64,000 bases of DNA from Takakia lepidozioides (lineage: Eukaryota > Plantae > Bryophyta), in contig CM060734.1 of the NCBI GenBank assembly GCA_030704615.1, positions 31,620,001-31,684,000 of the forward strand. Direction: 5' to 3'. A program made the position numbers and the translations under genes. The notes beneath the pieces are model-generated. The model saw only the letters and a list, made by a program, of their open reading frames with translations, did no database searches and was not told where the DNA came from. This document shows, in pieces, positions 34,275-50,245 of this stretch; the stretch's first letter is position 1; every line of letters begins with the position of its first letter.

Positions 34275-37200
34275 CTACTTCTGACGTTTATAGATCTTGG
34301 CCAAAAAAGACTTCAACACGACCTGCATACCAAATCCACACCTCGAAAGGCAATCAGTGAAGTCAGACTTACAAGCAACACGAAATTGAGTATGACATGT
34401 CCTAAGGGAATGAAAACAGTGAAACCTCTTTAGTTCATCATTATTGAATTGTAGTCCATTCAGGCCCAGTTTGAAGTTGCAGTGCATTTGTCCCTTTCAA
34501 ATTAGACATTCATTAGCTTGTACTACAGACTGGAGCCTTCCTAGAGAGTGGCCGGTACAAGTCCTACCCTACCCATGATGGCCAACATTGCCCAACATAA
34601 TACCTGACTAGCTCCACAGTAAGGATAAAAGTGCTGATGGACTCCAAGTTACTCCTTCATTCATTTGTCAATGAAAATCTCTACATCGAGGCTACCTTAG
34701 GGCAGGGTCTGTATTATGAATGCCCCTTTGGAGTACATGCAGCTTCCATATTGACACTACACTTCAGAGACTCGCTTCAGTTCGATTCATTTACGCCATT
34801 CTGACTTCATCCATCGACCAATGGTTGTTGTCGTCACTTGCATATACATGCTACTGAAAGGCGTTCTATCATATCCATGCTTTGTGCCAATCTCTTCACA
34901 CTCCAATCAAAGTGCTATGTCCTTAATATCCCACATACAAATTACAGAAGTCTTAGGGGATACATACTTGCAGAGCCTGGCTGTCTTGTTTCTCAATCTC
35001 AGCTATAAGATTCTGGGAGCTTTCCTGCTCGTACTCCTCAAACACACTCTGCATTTGCGAGGGGTCCATCAGTCAACTCATGGTAAGATATACATATCAT
35101 GTATTGCATGCTTTTCTCTTCGCTTTTAAAGGCTCTGTAAGGTCCAGTTTCATAAACATATCGATAATGACAAAAGTGACAGTCACTGACACAACTCCAA
35201 TCCTATGATTCACTATGAGATACCTATGACAAGTATGGGAAGGGGAAGAGTCAAGAAAACCTTGAGCTGCAGCTCATTGTACACTCTCTTCACTTCTGCC
35301 ACACAAGCATGGTTTGCCTTCCCATAGTTATCCTGAAAAGAAAAGAGAGAAAATGTTCAAGTGCAAGTGGAAAGTACCAAACACTCTAGTTTTGCAAGGA
35401 CACTGGTTCAATAAACCTGGGTGGGGCAGACATCACCAGCATTTAACTTCAGAAAACGATCCATCACCAGACAAAATGGATTCGCCATCAAAGGACTGAC
35501 CTACGTACACCTCATAGAGTTCAGGGTTCAACCAACGTAAGAAACCAAGTTCTGGAACTATTATTGTTCAGTGCACCCAAACTTGCAAAACATCTAAAGA
35601 TTAGGCTGGATGAATACTTTGAGACACTTCTTTTGTTCTTTGTTTGCCCGCTGCAGTGCTTGCACAATAAGCCAGGAACATTTGGTGTCCTCAATATCGG
35701 TTCCAACCTGCAGGCAACCCACTCATTTAGTAGCAATAGATATGGCATCTAAAATGGGATCCAGGGATCTAGGACATGCATATGCATATATCAGTGTGAA
35801 CACCTAGTAAACTCTGAACTCATTTGAGAGCTGAAAAGAGATAAGAATGCTTGGATCATCGCTTTCAATTGTGAAAGAGCATTGCCTTGTGGAGTAACTG
35901 AATGAGAATGTTTATTTACAAGGAGCCCATACATGAGAGCCTGTAGTCAACGACTTCATTTGCCATCCAGTTGCAATTGACGAGTCCTGTTTGACGAGGA
36001 ATTAAAAGAGAGGAACATAGAGACAGAAAACTCACCTTTCCAATCACTTCAGGATCACCGAAGCAGTCAAGAAAATCGTCCTGCAGTGCATACAAAAGGT
36101 TAGAGTGGAGAACGATGATCCAAAATCCTGGGAACAAACTTTGGAAAGATAGAATGTACCTGAACTTGAAAATAGGTACCCATTTGCACAAGAATCTGTT
36201 TGGCTGCTTCAAACTTGGCTTCGTCTTCCTCTTCTGCTAACAGAAGGGCACAGGCAACCTACACATGCACACATAACCTATAATTTTAAAACCAAGAAGT
36301 TTTTCAGATGTGCTTCTGTACTTCTGCAGGTTAGTACAGCAACCATCGCCGTCTGCCGGACCATGATTCGACACAATTGCAAAATCCTAGTAGGCTAGTA
36401 AATCCCCATGAGACAAACAAATCTAAAGCAGGTGAAAAAAGACCAAGACCAAGACAACAATATGCCTTAATTGACTTTTCTTATCTGCAGGGCACATTTC
36501 TGGTAAAGAACTTACTGGAAGGTAGAACGAGTAGTAGGCTGTCTTGTACTGCACAATCCGAAGGTACCTGCAAACAGATACATTCACTTACATTGGCTCA
36601 CACATACCAAACAGACTAGTTCTGGAACTCACATGCAGGCTTTTGCTTGCAGTAAGTTAACCCATGCATTCAATATGATGAATTCACCTGATATTCTCTT
36701 ATGATCCAAAACTGACAGCATACTAAATGCTAATGCCTCCAGTAAGGAGGCTAGTGAAATTCAGCCCTGCTCATAACTCCATAGCAAATGTGTGAATTTC
36801 AGGTAAAGTTTTGAAGTACATACGTTGGCATTACGTATTTTGATAAATCAACTTCTCCTGCTGGTGTGGTGATCAGGTCCAGCATCTGACCTGCAGCTGT
36901 TTGGTATTCCACCTGGAATTCTGTAACATCAGTGCAAGAAGGTAGAGGAACCACACACTTACCAAAACTCAAACTACCTTATGTTATCTGGAAAGCAAAC
37001 TTGTACAGGACCCTAGAAAAGGCAAGATGCAATGAGGCCCGCATTAAGTATGGGAGCCAACAGACCTCATTGAAAAGCTCAAAAAGCTGAATGTAAAAGG
37101 GTGACTCCCGAAAGTGTGTCTTCAGAATTCGTGAGATGTGTGTTCGCAACACAATGCCATCATTCACAGCTATGAGGCCAACCTGCAAGCATAGGAGTAC

Positions 37201-38357
37201 TTTCACCAATTATAAGTAGCAAAGGTCTATGAGGCCAACCTGCAGACATAGGAACAGTTTCATCACCTATGAGTAGCAAAGGTATATATGCTTGTCTAGT
37301 GATGAAAAAAAAAAGAGAGTTTCTTCCTTTAGAGTTCCAGACCATGTGAGTACCTTCGGGACTCTATACCAGCAGGGTTGCCCCCTCCGTGTGATTGAGT
37401 TGTCCATTATGTCGTCCTCCACCAGAAAGTACCCTTGCAGCTGCCCATCACACCAAGATCAAGAAGTATGTCAGGACAGATACAAGCGGCAGCATTCCTC
37501 ACAGAGATAATCAGATCGCTTGGCGACCACCTACCTTGGTCCCACTTAAACAAAGCACTTGCTTACATTAGCGCTGCACATCTCGTATGGGAAGTCCTAT
37601 CATTTACTTGGGAAAGCCAGTAGAGTGTGATAATGCCAGGCTTCCAAAAGCGCTAAAAGAGTGAGTCATACCCACTCTATGCACCAACCAAGGGTACATG
37701 CATTGAAGACATCTTTCTCAGAAAGCTTCCCTCCGCTTTTCAGCAGTCGCAGGCTATCAATCACTGACAATCCCCTGTTCAGTTTGCCTGCGCAAATACA
37801 ATAAAGTAGGCCCTTGACGCTCCTTAATCAGATCCCCAAGGCAAACTACACAGTTCTTACCACCACTCCCTGCGCAAACCATTTCCTTTGCATGTGGTAA
37901 CCAAAGATGACCGAGCTATAGAAGGGATTCACATGTGCATATCAAAAGAGAGACACGATACGCACCTCCGGGAACAGTGTAGTCCAACATCTGTGCAGAC
38001 ATACACACAACCGCACAAACAAGAGTAAGTCTATCAAGATGTGACTCCGGAATCTTGAGAAAATACAAGAATACATCCATCGGTTCATATCATTCCCACC
38101 GAACTCCCGTGAAATGACATTCTATATTCACCCTCAGCTAACACATGCATCATCACGGGCAAAGTCGGGCTTACCTCCTCAACCCAAGCTCGAGACTCAT
38201 CGGTGTACTGGAAAACCTCAGAATCAGTCAAGAGCTCCGACTTGAGCTGCTTGTAGACCTCCAAGAACTTGCTCTTGTCTGTGCCAGCATTAGTCTTGAT
38301 ATGATCACGTGTCCCATTGGTGACAGAGACAGGGGAGGGGGCCAAATCTGTACTCAT
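34275..38357 (-). CDS. FPS: Farnesyl diphosphate synthase, ~13 exons
   Basis: Exon motifs in order: [14 protein letters not shown]; [19 protein letters not shown]; LGWCIEW; [22 protein letters not shown]; GQMLDL; [11 protein letters not shown]; [26 protein letters not shown] (SARM); [10 protein letters not shown]. Confidence 0.96.
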
Positions 38358-41300
38358 TGTAATCCCAATCTCCCCGTCTCCCCCTTCCAATCCTTTATCC
38401 AACCTCCTCACAATTCCTCTCAGCCCTCGCGCCCTGGATTCTTTCTTTCCCCTCGAATCCCTTCCTTCACTGTCAGTTTCACGTTCCTGTTCTATATGCG
38501 CTTTCTTTGTCTTCTGGCCTCGCCACAGTACGCCGGCTGCGACCCTATTCCAGCGCTCTGACCACCAGTTTTGTTTTTTATTCCGGTTTTCATTTATTTA
38601 TTTCGATATATTTTCTCCGTTCTTCAGTTCCGTTTTTCCCGTTTCTGTTTCCGTTCGGAGGGCTCCCCTATTTTCAGGGAACGGGAAAACCGTTCAAGGT
38701 CGTTATAGATGAAATTATGGATGAGGATGATTTCTGTGACTGGTAATCTTCCGTCTCCTTCGAAGCGTATATCCCAAGATGCGATCGCTCGATCGTCTCT
38801 CTCTCTCTCTCTCTCTCTCACATCATCCGCAAATTCCAGAACACTTCAGCTACAGATGTGGCCACAATCAATTCAAGATCTCTCTCTCTCTCTCTCTCTT
38901 TCTCAATCTCAGGATGTCTTTCATGCTACGTGAGTCAATTTTGTCATCGTGCCAAAGTTTATGGTTCTACTTTTTCCGTCACCCCTTGGGTCCGTTTTGC
39001 GTGTGGGCGTGTGTACAGATCTGACTGGAAACCATCCTCCTGTACTAATTCACACATTACGTGGAAGAGAACTTAGTGAGTTCATGCAATTGACAAGTTT
39101 ATTCCGACAGTGCTTTTGAGCAAGAATTCCGAAATGCAAGTACCTCTCACTCTCCGATGCGTGCAAGGTGTGTGAGCAGTGCGGTCGAATCTCCTTCTTT
39201 TTGAATGCAGCTCTCTGCCCTGAGGGAATTTCTCCTCCCACAAGGTGATTTCATCCTGCCATGACAAAGGAAAGCTGGACCTTTTCGTGTTTTGCTCCAG
39301 CTGTCCGTTAATCTTCAGCTCCTTCCTCTCCCACAGACCTTGTGGCCGCCAGAGGGTATTGGGACGTAAGCCGACGTCAGGAGCTCCAACAGTGACTGTT
39401 GGACCAGGCCCTGATTTTGATCGGTATGCTGCTGTCCAACATTTGAGATGTCTGACGAAACAACTCTGAGGTACCAGATTTCTTGATATTAAGCACAAGC
39501 AGACTTGGTCAGACCCTTCCAGCCTCCGCCACAGGATATCAACTCTTTACGCTGCAATAGTATGATTTGAGTGAAAAACCCTTTGCCCTCCTGGTGCCGG
39601 AAGATACTGCAGCAGAGAGGGACAACACTCTCGCCGATCGATCTCGAAGGAACATACAATCACGAAGCTGATCGTGTGAAATTCTCCCTGCTTTCTTGGC
39701 CAATGGCTGGCCAATGTGCCGACAGTTACATGCCGTCGATCTAATAGGAACAGGATTTGAACCCTCGGCTGGGCCCATTGCAATAGGAAGCATCTTCCAA
39801 CTGATCAGTCCATGCATGCCTGGAATGTGTTCCTGGTGTTTGACACGCAGGAAATATTCGCACATTTGTGAGAGGGAGAGAGGATTTGATCGGGAGGAGG
39901 GATTTGGATGACGAGAAAAAAGATCTACTGGAGAAGAGGAGGAGGATTCTACGCACTCCATGCAAAGGACGAGGGAAGTGCAATCTCATGAGGTCAGGTA
40001 GATCTGTTTGTTATGGTGGTGGTGGCACCAAAAGCACGGCCGAGCATGCTCTGCACTTACAATGGGTGCTTTCATAGCTCGCCGGTCCGTCGCTCTTTGT
40101 CTACGAGCTTTCTTGTACTGGATTGTGCTGTGTAAATGCCAAGAATTATGTAAAATGGACTCGAATCAAGCTGACAACCTTAGGAGAAATGATTTGGAAA
40201 ATCTTTTTGTCTCTATGTTACGGTTATTTGAGCCATGAGCTTATTTGTAGCCGTTACGAAGTTCCTTCTTTCCCTTTCCACTTCGCATCTCTCTTGCTGT
40301 GCCCTGATTGATCCTTCTTTCAAGGACCCACTTGCCTCCGTCCTCTTTTCCCCTACAAGAAGATATTTTCTTATATATTATGATATCACAGGATACCATT
40401 GTCTTGTCAGAGATTACCTGTCCTTAAGTAGCAGAGGCCTTCAGGTACGAAGTCTTAGCAATAGACTCCACCACCGAGGTGACATATTTTTGGTTCTTTC
40501 TTTATCTGTGGACCATGCACACTCTAGACCTCATGTGGATGATAAATTTCTTCTCTCTTACTCTCTCTGCAAGGATGTGGCAAAACTCCACACCCAATGT
40601 AGGTGGGTCAGTATCCTCCAGGGATTGTGCCCTCAAGGGTTTTTGTCATAGCATTCAGTGTTCACTGTGAATGAGCGTTCTCTCTACAGGGCTACAGCAA
40701 GCAATTTCTAGTAAATACATCATCCTCACTGTTATGCAAGCCGATTACCTTGGGTGTAGCATTCTCATTATATCTTTGGTCTCATATGTATGTTTAAGTT
40801 TTACTAGGCTCTCACATAGATCTCTCATCATCTTGCAAGTGTATCGTCTGAAGTAATGTTATCATGACACATCAGCTGGGTAGTTTACCTTTGATAAGCT
40901 ATGGACACAGCTGAACTTAAAAAGATGGTATCAGTCTGTTTACAAGTGTGTTCTGCTTGGATGAAGAAAACATCCGACTACAAATTTGGATAACTCTGCC
41001 TCTCAAAGTGCTAGCCAACAGTGTCCCCCTACTTTCAGCATGTAACAGAAACTTGCGAATAGAGTACTTGTATAAAGCTATACCCATGTTTATGAGCAGG
41101 CATTTACAATCATAGAGTGGTTAAGATGCAATATTCGTGTACCCACATAGATAAGATTTTGCAGCAAACTCAGTGCCATGGAGAGCTCTCTGAACCTGCT
41201 TGCACCCATCATGTTACCAGGGTGGAGGGTGTTGTACTCTTACAATGATGTTTATTCTTCTTTCATGATGTGCCAATGGCTGCCAACTCACCCTTTTCTC

Positions 41301-41881
41301 CTTATCCTGCAGGAAGGCTCTTTTCCGTCTGTCAAAAATGGTCATGAGACTTCCCTTTTTAATTGTTTTTCTAATTCTGTTTCCTGGTTGATAGCATGGT
41401 CAGCATCACCAGTTTAGAGAGGAAAAATGAAATAGACAAGGGGATAGATGGCAGGAGAAAAGTCAGACACGTGTCCCCCGACTACCTTTTACTTGACATA
41501 GTGCATGTGCACAGCCGCAGCCGATCCATCAGGGGACCAAGGGTTCAATATGATCCAAAAGACTAATAATTCTGGCAGTGCAACTCCTGCTGACTCCTCT
41601 CCCCCACCATGAAACATGGGAATGCCAATAGTGCAGCAGTGTGAGATGGATGGCACAGGATGGGGAGAAAGAAGACAGAAGGACAGAGAATGTACAAAGA
41701 AATCAACAGTAAATGAGGCCACACCAATGCTTGACAGAGTAGAAAAACCAAAACTCTCTGACACAAGTAAGGGACAACAGCCTGGAACAAGCAAATATTG
41801 CAGAAAGATGACATAAGGCAAACCTCTGATTCAGACAACCACCTGAGTACAACATGAAGAGAAAGAAACAAAGAAAGGAAG

Positions 41882-42195
41882 GAAATGAAATGAAATGGTA
41901 CTTTATAACGTCCGCGGAAAGCTCATAGAGCTTATGGGACAAAATGGTAACATGAGAGAGGAACAAGTCCAGAAACCACAATTGGTGTTCTAGCGAATGT
42001 CGAAGGGTGAAGGCCTCGTGCAGGTAGGCTGCCAAGCCTTTTTGATCCTCATAGTGGAAGACATCAGTGAGAGTTTGGGTTCCACTGAATAAATAGTGGA
42101 ATCTCCCACGGATCTCGTAGTATAGAGGGCAGTAGAAGAAGAAGTGTTCTTCAGTTTCGATTTCCTGGCTGCGCCCTATGCAAGCTGGACATAGG
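41882..42195 (-). mobile_element. 5'-truncated LINE insertion with (TTTCA)n tail and 11-bp TSD
   Basis: Zn-knuckle remnant IETEEHFFFYCPLYYEIR; tail catttcatttcatttc; AAGAAAGGAAG at 41871-41881 and 42196-42206. Confidence 0.8.
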
Positions 42196-42576
42196 AAGAA
42201 AGGAAGACACTTTATGACGTCAATGGAAAGCTCAACTGTTCCAAAGGAAGAAAGAAAGATCCAATTACACACTGCCACAGGCAGCAAAATGATGCATATG
42301 TACATGATCCATTACATTGTATCTTCCTCTTTCAAGCATTTACCTTCACTTGTAACTCAGCTGCTAAGTAGTAATTGTAAAAAAACAGTGAAATGATAAA
42401 ACTGGATGGAGGAATAGTTCAGATAATTCTCCCTCCCTCTTTGGGCAAATTGCTGGATGTCAATATCTTCTTTCTCTCTTTTATTGGGAGTGCCAGACAG
42501 CTTACCGACATAGCTTGTGAAACTCCATCTGACGGAGCTCTCCTCCGCCAATATTTTTGGCCACCATGTCCATCAA

Positions 42577-45183
<2,607 letters not shown>

Positions 45184-45559
45184 CTCCTCGACTCTCTCGA
45201 TCGCCCCCCTCTGTCTTCCCCCACCTACTCCCCTCTCAAAAACAATACAGAGACTTTGCAATCTCTCTCTCTCTCTCTCTCAGTCACTGGCACTTCTCGA
45301 CTGGAGCTGCCCAGCTTTGTGCTTGTGTAGGTGTCTGCAGTAAAGAGGCTCCACCACACTCGCCAACTTTATGCTGTCCAGTCCTCTCTCCCTCAAACAC
45401 TTGGCTCCTTCCCTCACTCTTTCTGATTGGAAAGGTCGGAAACTACTTGGGGGGGCTGCACCTGCACCCCTCAATGCTGAAAGCTGCAATCGCTGACAGT
45501 TACTCTGCCGCACACACCGCACAAAAGGTCAAAAAGCTCCCCGACATCGCCGACGGGTT

Positions 45560-46237
45560 CCTTCCTGTGCAATTTCGCTCTGTGGGACACGAAAGCTGAT
45601 TCTCTCCCGGGTTTGAACCGAGGACCACCCGCGTTGCTGAAGTAAAAGCAAACATAGGTGCACATGGAGAAGTCATGGGCAGGGCTAAAATCATATGAAG
45701 GGAAGCTCTGATTGGCACGAAAGTTTTTTTGTGCTTACACAAACCTGCCCACTACCGTACAACCGGAGCGATTGACAATTCAACGGTTCAGATCTTTTCA
45801 CCGAATTTTCTAATACGGTTTTGTGCTTGCCCCTTTGAAATTGGGAAATTTGACCCCCCAAATTGGCCATACAAAGCAGCCCACATGAGAACATGTCAGA
45901 AAAAGCTGAAATTTTCAGGGCAGGTGTCTTACTGGTTTGTGTCATGTCAAAACATTTCACAGCTGGGAAATTCGATAAGAAAAGCTGTGTTTTTTACCCC
46001 ATTGTAAATAGGAAATTTGTTTTTGGCCCAACTTTCAACATTATAATCTTGCAATCCCGCGGGTCGATTTGGACCAGACTTTTTGTGGTCATAGCTGGGG
46101 TAGGTAGGAAAATATTACAACCGTCAGTTTTACAGGGCCTGAGTAAATCTCAAGATATAAATTATTTAGTGGGGAAGGGTCAATTTTTGGGGGTGGACCC
46201 AAAAATTGGGGTTAGTCCTTTAGGGGTTAAGATTTAG
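45560..46237. mobile_element. Non-coding TE-like segment upstream of OPR
   Basis: B-box-like ggttcaaaccc on minus (~45607-45618); right end gtcctttaggggTTAA. Confidence 0.3.
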
Positions 46238-46349
46238 GACTATAGATAGATTGATACAATTGATAGAAGCTCTGGGTGGTAAGGTGGTTCAAGCTTAAAA
46301 CAAGCTTTTAGTTTCTAATTGGACAACACAGGTGTCACCTAAGGATGTA

Positions 46350-46800
46350 TGGTATCAGAGTGTTAGATTGATTTCAACTTATTAAAAGCCAACTTACGTA
46401 TGGTTCTAGTAGCTCTAGGTGAGGATCCAAAGTAACACTAGATCCATCATGTCGCACGAAGCAGTCAGATCTAAGAAAGAGCAGCCATCTAATGTTCCCA
46501 ATTAATACAACAGTTCCAAGAGTAGATACTAGTTTGTTTTCAAAATGAGCAAATGGAGGCTATCATATAGAGTAGGAGTTGGCGACCCGAATAGAGAGAG
46601 AGTCGTTCAATGGGTTAAAAAAGAACTGGATTTGCAGAATGTGGCCATGTGAAACATCACTTTGACTCCGAAGCAGAAAAGGCAGAGGAGAAGGTCCGAG
46701 CGGAGTCTACGGACAGCTCCAAGGATCTGATACAAGTGAAAAAATGACGACATTCCAGACTGGGTGAGGTCCTCTTGTTGCCCCAACAAAAAGAAAAGGT
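46350..46800 (+). mobile_element. LTR-retrotransposon remnant (PBS plus decayed leader/gag)
   Basis: TGGTATCAGAG (tRNA-iMet PBS consensus) at 46350; no intact LTR recognised. Confidence 0.4.
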
Positions 46801-47964
46801 CTAGTCCACAAAACCCATTGGGATTAGGGAGATATCTGCTGTCATGTACCAACGGAAGTGACATATTGCACTGTCTACCGTGCGAGAAGAGCAGTTATGG
46901 ATTTTTGAGAGAGGGGCTTAAGCAGAAGGGTTTTGGAGGTGTTCTGTACTTGGCCAAAATTGTCAAAATCTCTAGTTGTTCATGCCTATCATGTAGATGA
47001 ACTGTGCTTTCGATGGAACCCAGCAAGGGATGCTGGACCTTCATTGGCCCTCTGCCTACCTTGATACATTTCCCGTGTACAACAAGCGTGTAATTAGTTC
47101 GGAACTATTACGAATGTCCACATGAGCGTCTCAGGTCAGAGAATCCATGGCAGGTGCCCTTCTTGAATTCCGCAGAAGGGCTGGTTGGAGCTCCTGCATG
47201 CGCACCAGAAACATCAAACGTTGATATTAATCACAGATGCGAGTGCATTTCTTTGCTCAAGTTACCAAGTCCTGTTGTACATGCAGAGACCGTTGGAGAC
47301 ACGATTTCCCATATGTTACTCTCAATATACATTGCCTCATCACACGACAAACACGCTGAAATTTCTCCACGTGACGGAAATGCTCATAGGCGTGACCCAC
47401 AGAAGGCGCCCATGGGTCCACAACGTTCAAAGCCTTGTAATTAGGTCAAACATATCCAACATTGGTCCATTTATTTGAGAGACCATAATTGCTTTGTCTA
47501 TCAGTTATGCCGATGGGGTGGGGACGCCATGAGTTGATTTAGTAGTTGGGAAACTATTAAAAGCAAGCTTGTATACTGGATGCTGCCAAAACCACTGAGC
47601 AGCGTGAAGGAAATGACGAACTTCCAAAATTTGTCCCAAGATACTTATTTAAGCTGGCTTCTGCAGGCGTTATGTTCTCCTTTGTCTTCCAGTGTACAAG
47701 TACCTCTGAGATCAGATTGCTTATACATTTCACAATCACCCTTAGAAAGCCCGTGTTGCAACAATCAGAGAGAATAGAGAAAAAGCAAGAAACGTTGCAG
47801 CTTTTACATACTGGTTAATCATCTAAGGAAATTACAATTTTTCCTTCACTAAAGGTACCCAGATCAGATGAACTTGCGTCACACGGTTAATCAGACTCTA
47901 GAGATGGAAATGAATTGTCAAAACATGCCTTGAAAACACTAAACATGAAGACGAACAGTTTACA

Positions 47965-48648
47965 CTACCTGGATCCATAAGTTTGTGCTCTGGGTCTCAG
48001 TTGGTCTATCCTTGAATGACTTCGTGACCTATTCAAAAAGTGTGGCGAAATACGATCTTCAGATATGCTTTCCAGCCCAGGTCGCCAACTCTTGCTCGCT
48101 CTGATAAATCGATGACCATCTGATAAAGACTTGCAGGGCGCCATCTCCGAGTTCCAGAATTCTTCGAGCTGGTCCTCATGAAATGATGGCATTCTACCGC
48201 TCTCCTGCTTTGGCATACCTGACTTGGTTGAAAATCCCTGCTTAAACTTATCGACATTTCCTGCCCACTCCTTGGACTCCTCAATTGTCCGAAGTGGGGA
48301 ACCCAAATTGTGCTCAAAAGTGTCCTCATCAGAACCTGTATTACTGGACACGAATTTTTCCTGGCGCTCACAGCAGCGAGGAGGATGGAGTGGACTACCG
48401 GGTAAGACACTGGGGAGAGGGAGGAGAAAGTAAGTGTGGCCTCTCTTAAGCTCCATCTCTAAAGGAAGCATTGACATCCCCCGGTTTGAGGGAGTACCAT
48501 CAAAGCCGCTGGCTTGACACACAAAGTGGTGGGGATGGGCTAGCAAAAGGTCGGCCACACTGACAGAATGCGCGAAGGTCGCAACCCGGCCATCAGCATG
48601 AATCACCCTTATTGATTGCCCCAAACACGTCGCAACTGTGTTGCCCAT
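47965..48648 (-). CDS. PADRE (DUF4228) domain protein, 227 aa, intronless
   Basis: MGN N-myristoylation-type start, IRVIHADG, SVADLL..HPHHFVC, L.RGHTYFLLP, WRPGLESISE. Confidence 0.9.
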   Translation of the reverse strand: MGNTVATCLGQSIRVIHADGRVATFAHSVSVADLLLAHPHHFVCQASGFDGTPSNRGMSMLPLEMELKRGHTYFLLPLPSVLPGSPLHPPRCCERQEKFVSSNTGSDEDTFEHNLGSPLRTIEESKEWAGNVDKFKQGFSTKSGMPKQESGRMPSFHEDQLEEFWNSEMAPCKSLSDGHRFIRASKSWRPGLESISEDRISPHFLNRSRSHSRIDQLRPRAQTYGSR

Positions 48649-50245
48649 TTCTCTGTTGCTTGACTGTCAAAGTAAGTGTGTGCACTGTTATCTCTCTCCC
48701 ATTCCCTCCAGAGCCATATTCAACTTGCTTGTTCCCTCACGTAAACCCTCCACAATTTGCTGCTACAGATTCCAGGTACACGAGGATTCCACTATCGTTC
48801 CAGTGATGCGCAACTATTGCATTAGACCATACGTAGTTTTGGCTAGCTAACCCACATGATGTCAATCACACTATTTCATAAGTCCAACCTTTGAGAGATG
48901 GAATTCACACCTACAGAGAGAGTACTACGCCCTATCGTCACAAACCCGCAAGTTGAAGCATCGTCAGTTGTGTCACGGACTTCATTTCCACGTTACAGCA
49001 CAAGCTATCACATTTTATATCACCTGAGGTCCATGTACAATACGAGCACATAGAATAGAAATTACAAGAGAACCAACTAAACCTTGGCGGGCAGGGAAGA
49101 GAGAGAGAGGTCCACAGCTCAGAGAGCTTGTTCAAGTCTAATTTCGCTTCATGTTCACACGGATTGTAACTCCTGTCAAAACAGACAGACACGCAAGAAA
49201 GAAATTTGAAGGAGACTGAGATAGATATCCAGTCTGTTGGGTACCCAGAAGTTCACTATCAGACACCCTTGGAAAATCAGCAAGGCGGCGTCTAAAACTA
49301 CTCAAGGGAAGAGAAAGAAGTGGTGGGGACGTGGGGACGAGGGTGGTCGATGGTGGCAGGGAATCTGGGCGATGTCAGGGTCTTACCAAGTTTGGGACTG
49401 TCTGCGCCGTTGTTGTACATAAGAAGGGGACCACCCACAAAATGCAACAGTATCCAAAGATTTAGACTGGATCGTGTGCTGCCACTGTCATCCTGCATTC
49501 CTCATTCCTTATATTTAGGATACCACAACTACGGCCCTTCATATCACAGGGCTGACGGAACTAACTTTGACCTAGCAGCAGCTGACATGGCAGCTATGTT
49601 TTCGCCCATAACTCTCAGCGTCAACACCTGCCTGGTTAAATAAAGTTAGCGTCAGGGAATTTGCAAGCATATGCAGGATTCGGAAACAGGAAATGGAGTG
49701 GGTTTTCCGGTACTCAAATCTACAAAGGAAATCTTCAGCCAGGTTAAGATATAAGCCCCCCCAAAATCTTGTGTAATGGGGCAACTCACACCTGAAGGTT
49801 CCCTCGAAATTTTGCGAGGAGAATGGCCAACTTGACAAGGAACAAGGGAATTAGGAACACCAGAGTCCATATGTTTCTGTAGCTAAAAGGTGGCAAATTG
49901 CATGTTGAGACCTTGTTGAGCTTCACTCTAGTCCGCCTTTGTGAAATGACTTACAGAGAGGTAGAATAAGTGCAAGACTCTGGCACAGGTGAAATACCCA
50001 GGACCTACAAAAGAGGCACCAAGGAATTGTCCAAATGATCGTGAAATGTGTTTGGTAGGTGGGGGAGGTATGGATCCTGTAAATTTCGGCTTAGCCATTG
50101 TAGAAAGTCAATAGAAGAGGTTTTTATGGCTCACAAAAAAAATACAACATTCCAATACGCATGGTGAAATTCATTGAGATACGATCCATGTATAGGGTGT
50201 ACATTGCAGTCAAATGCACAAAGACTCAAACCAGGACATGGGTCG

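Noticed and set aside
38358-38411. N-terminal targeting extension of FPS
   Set aside because: The ORF-track start is a non-ATG codon and the extension is acidic/Gly-rich, unlike a transit peptide
39399-39420. miR166-like ggaccaggc
   Set aside because: Match limited to 9 nt; no hairpin
45385-45405. miR477-like sequence ctctccctcaaa
   Set aside because: Only a 12-nt match within a CT-rich tract, and no complementary arm
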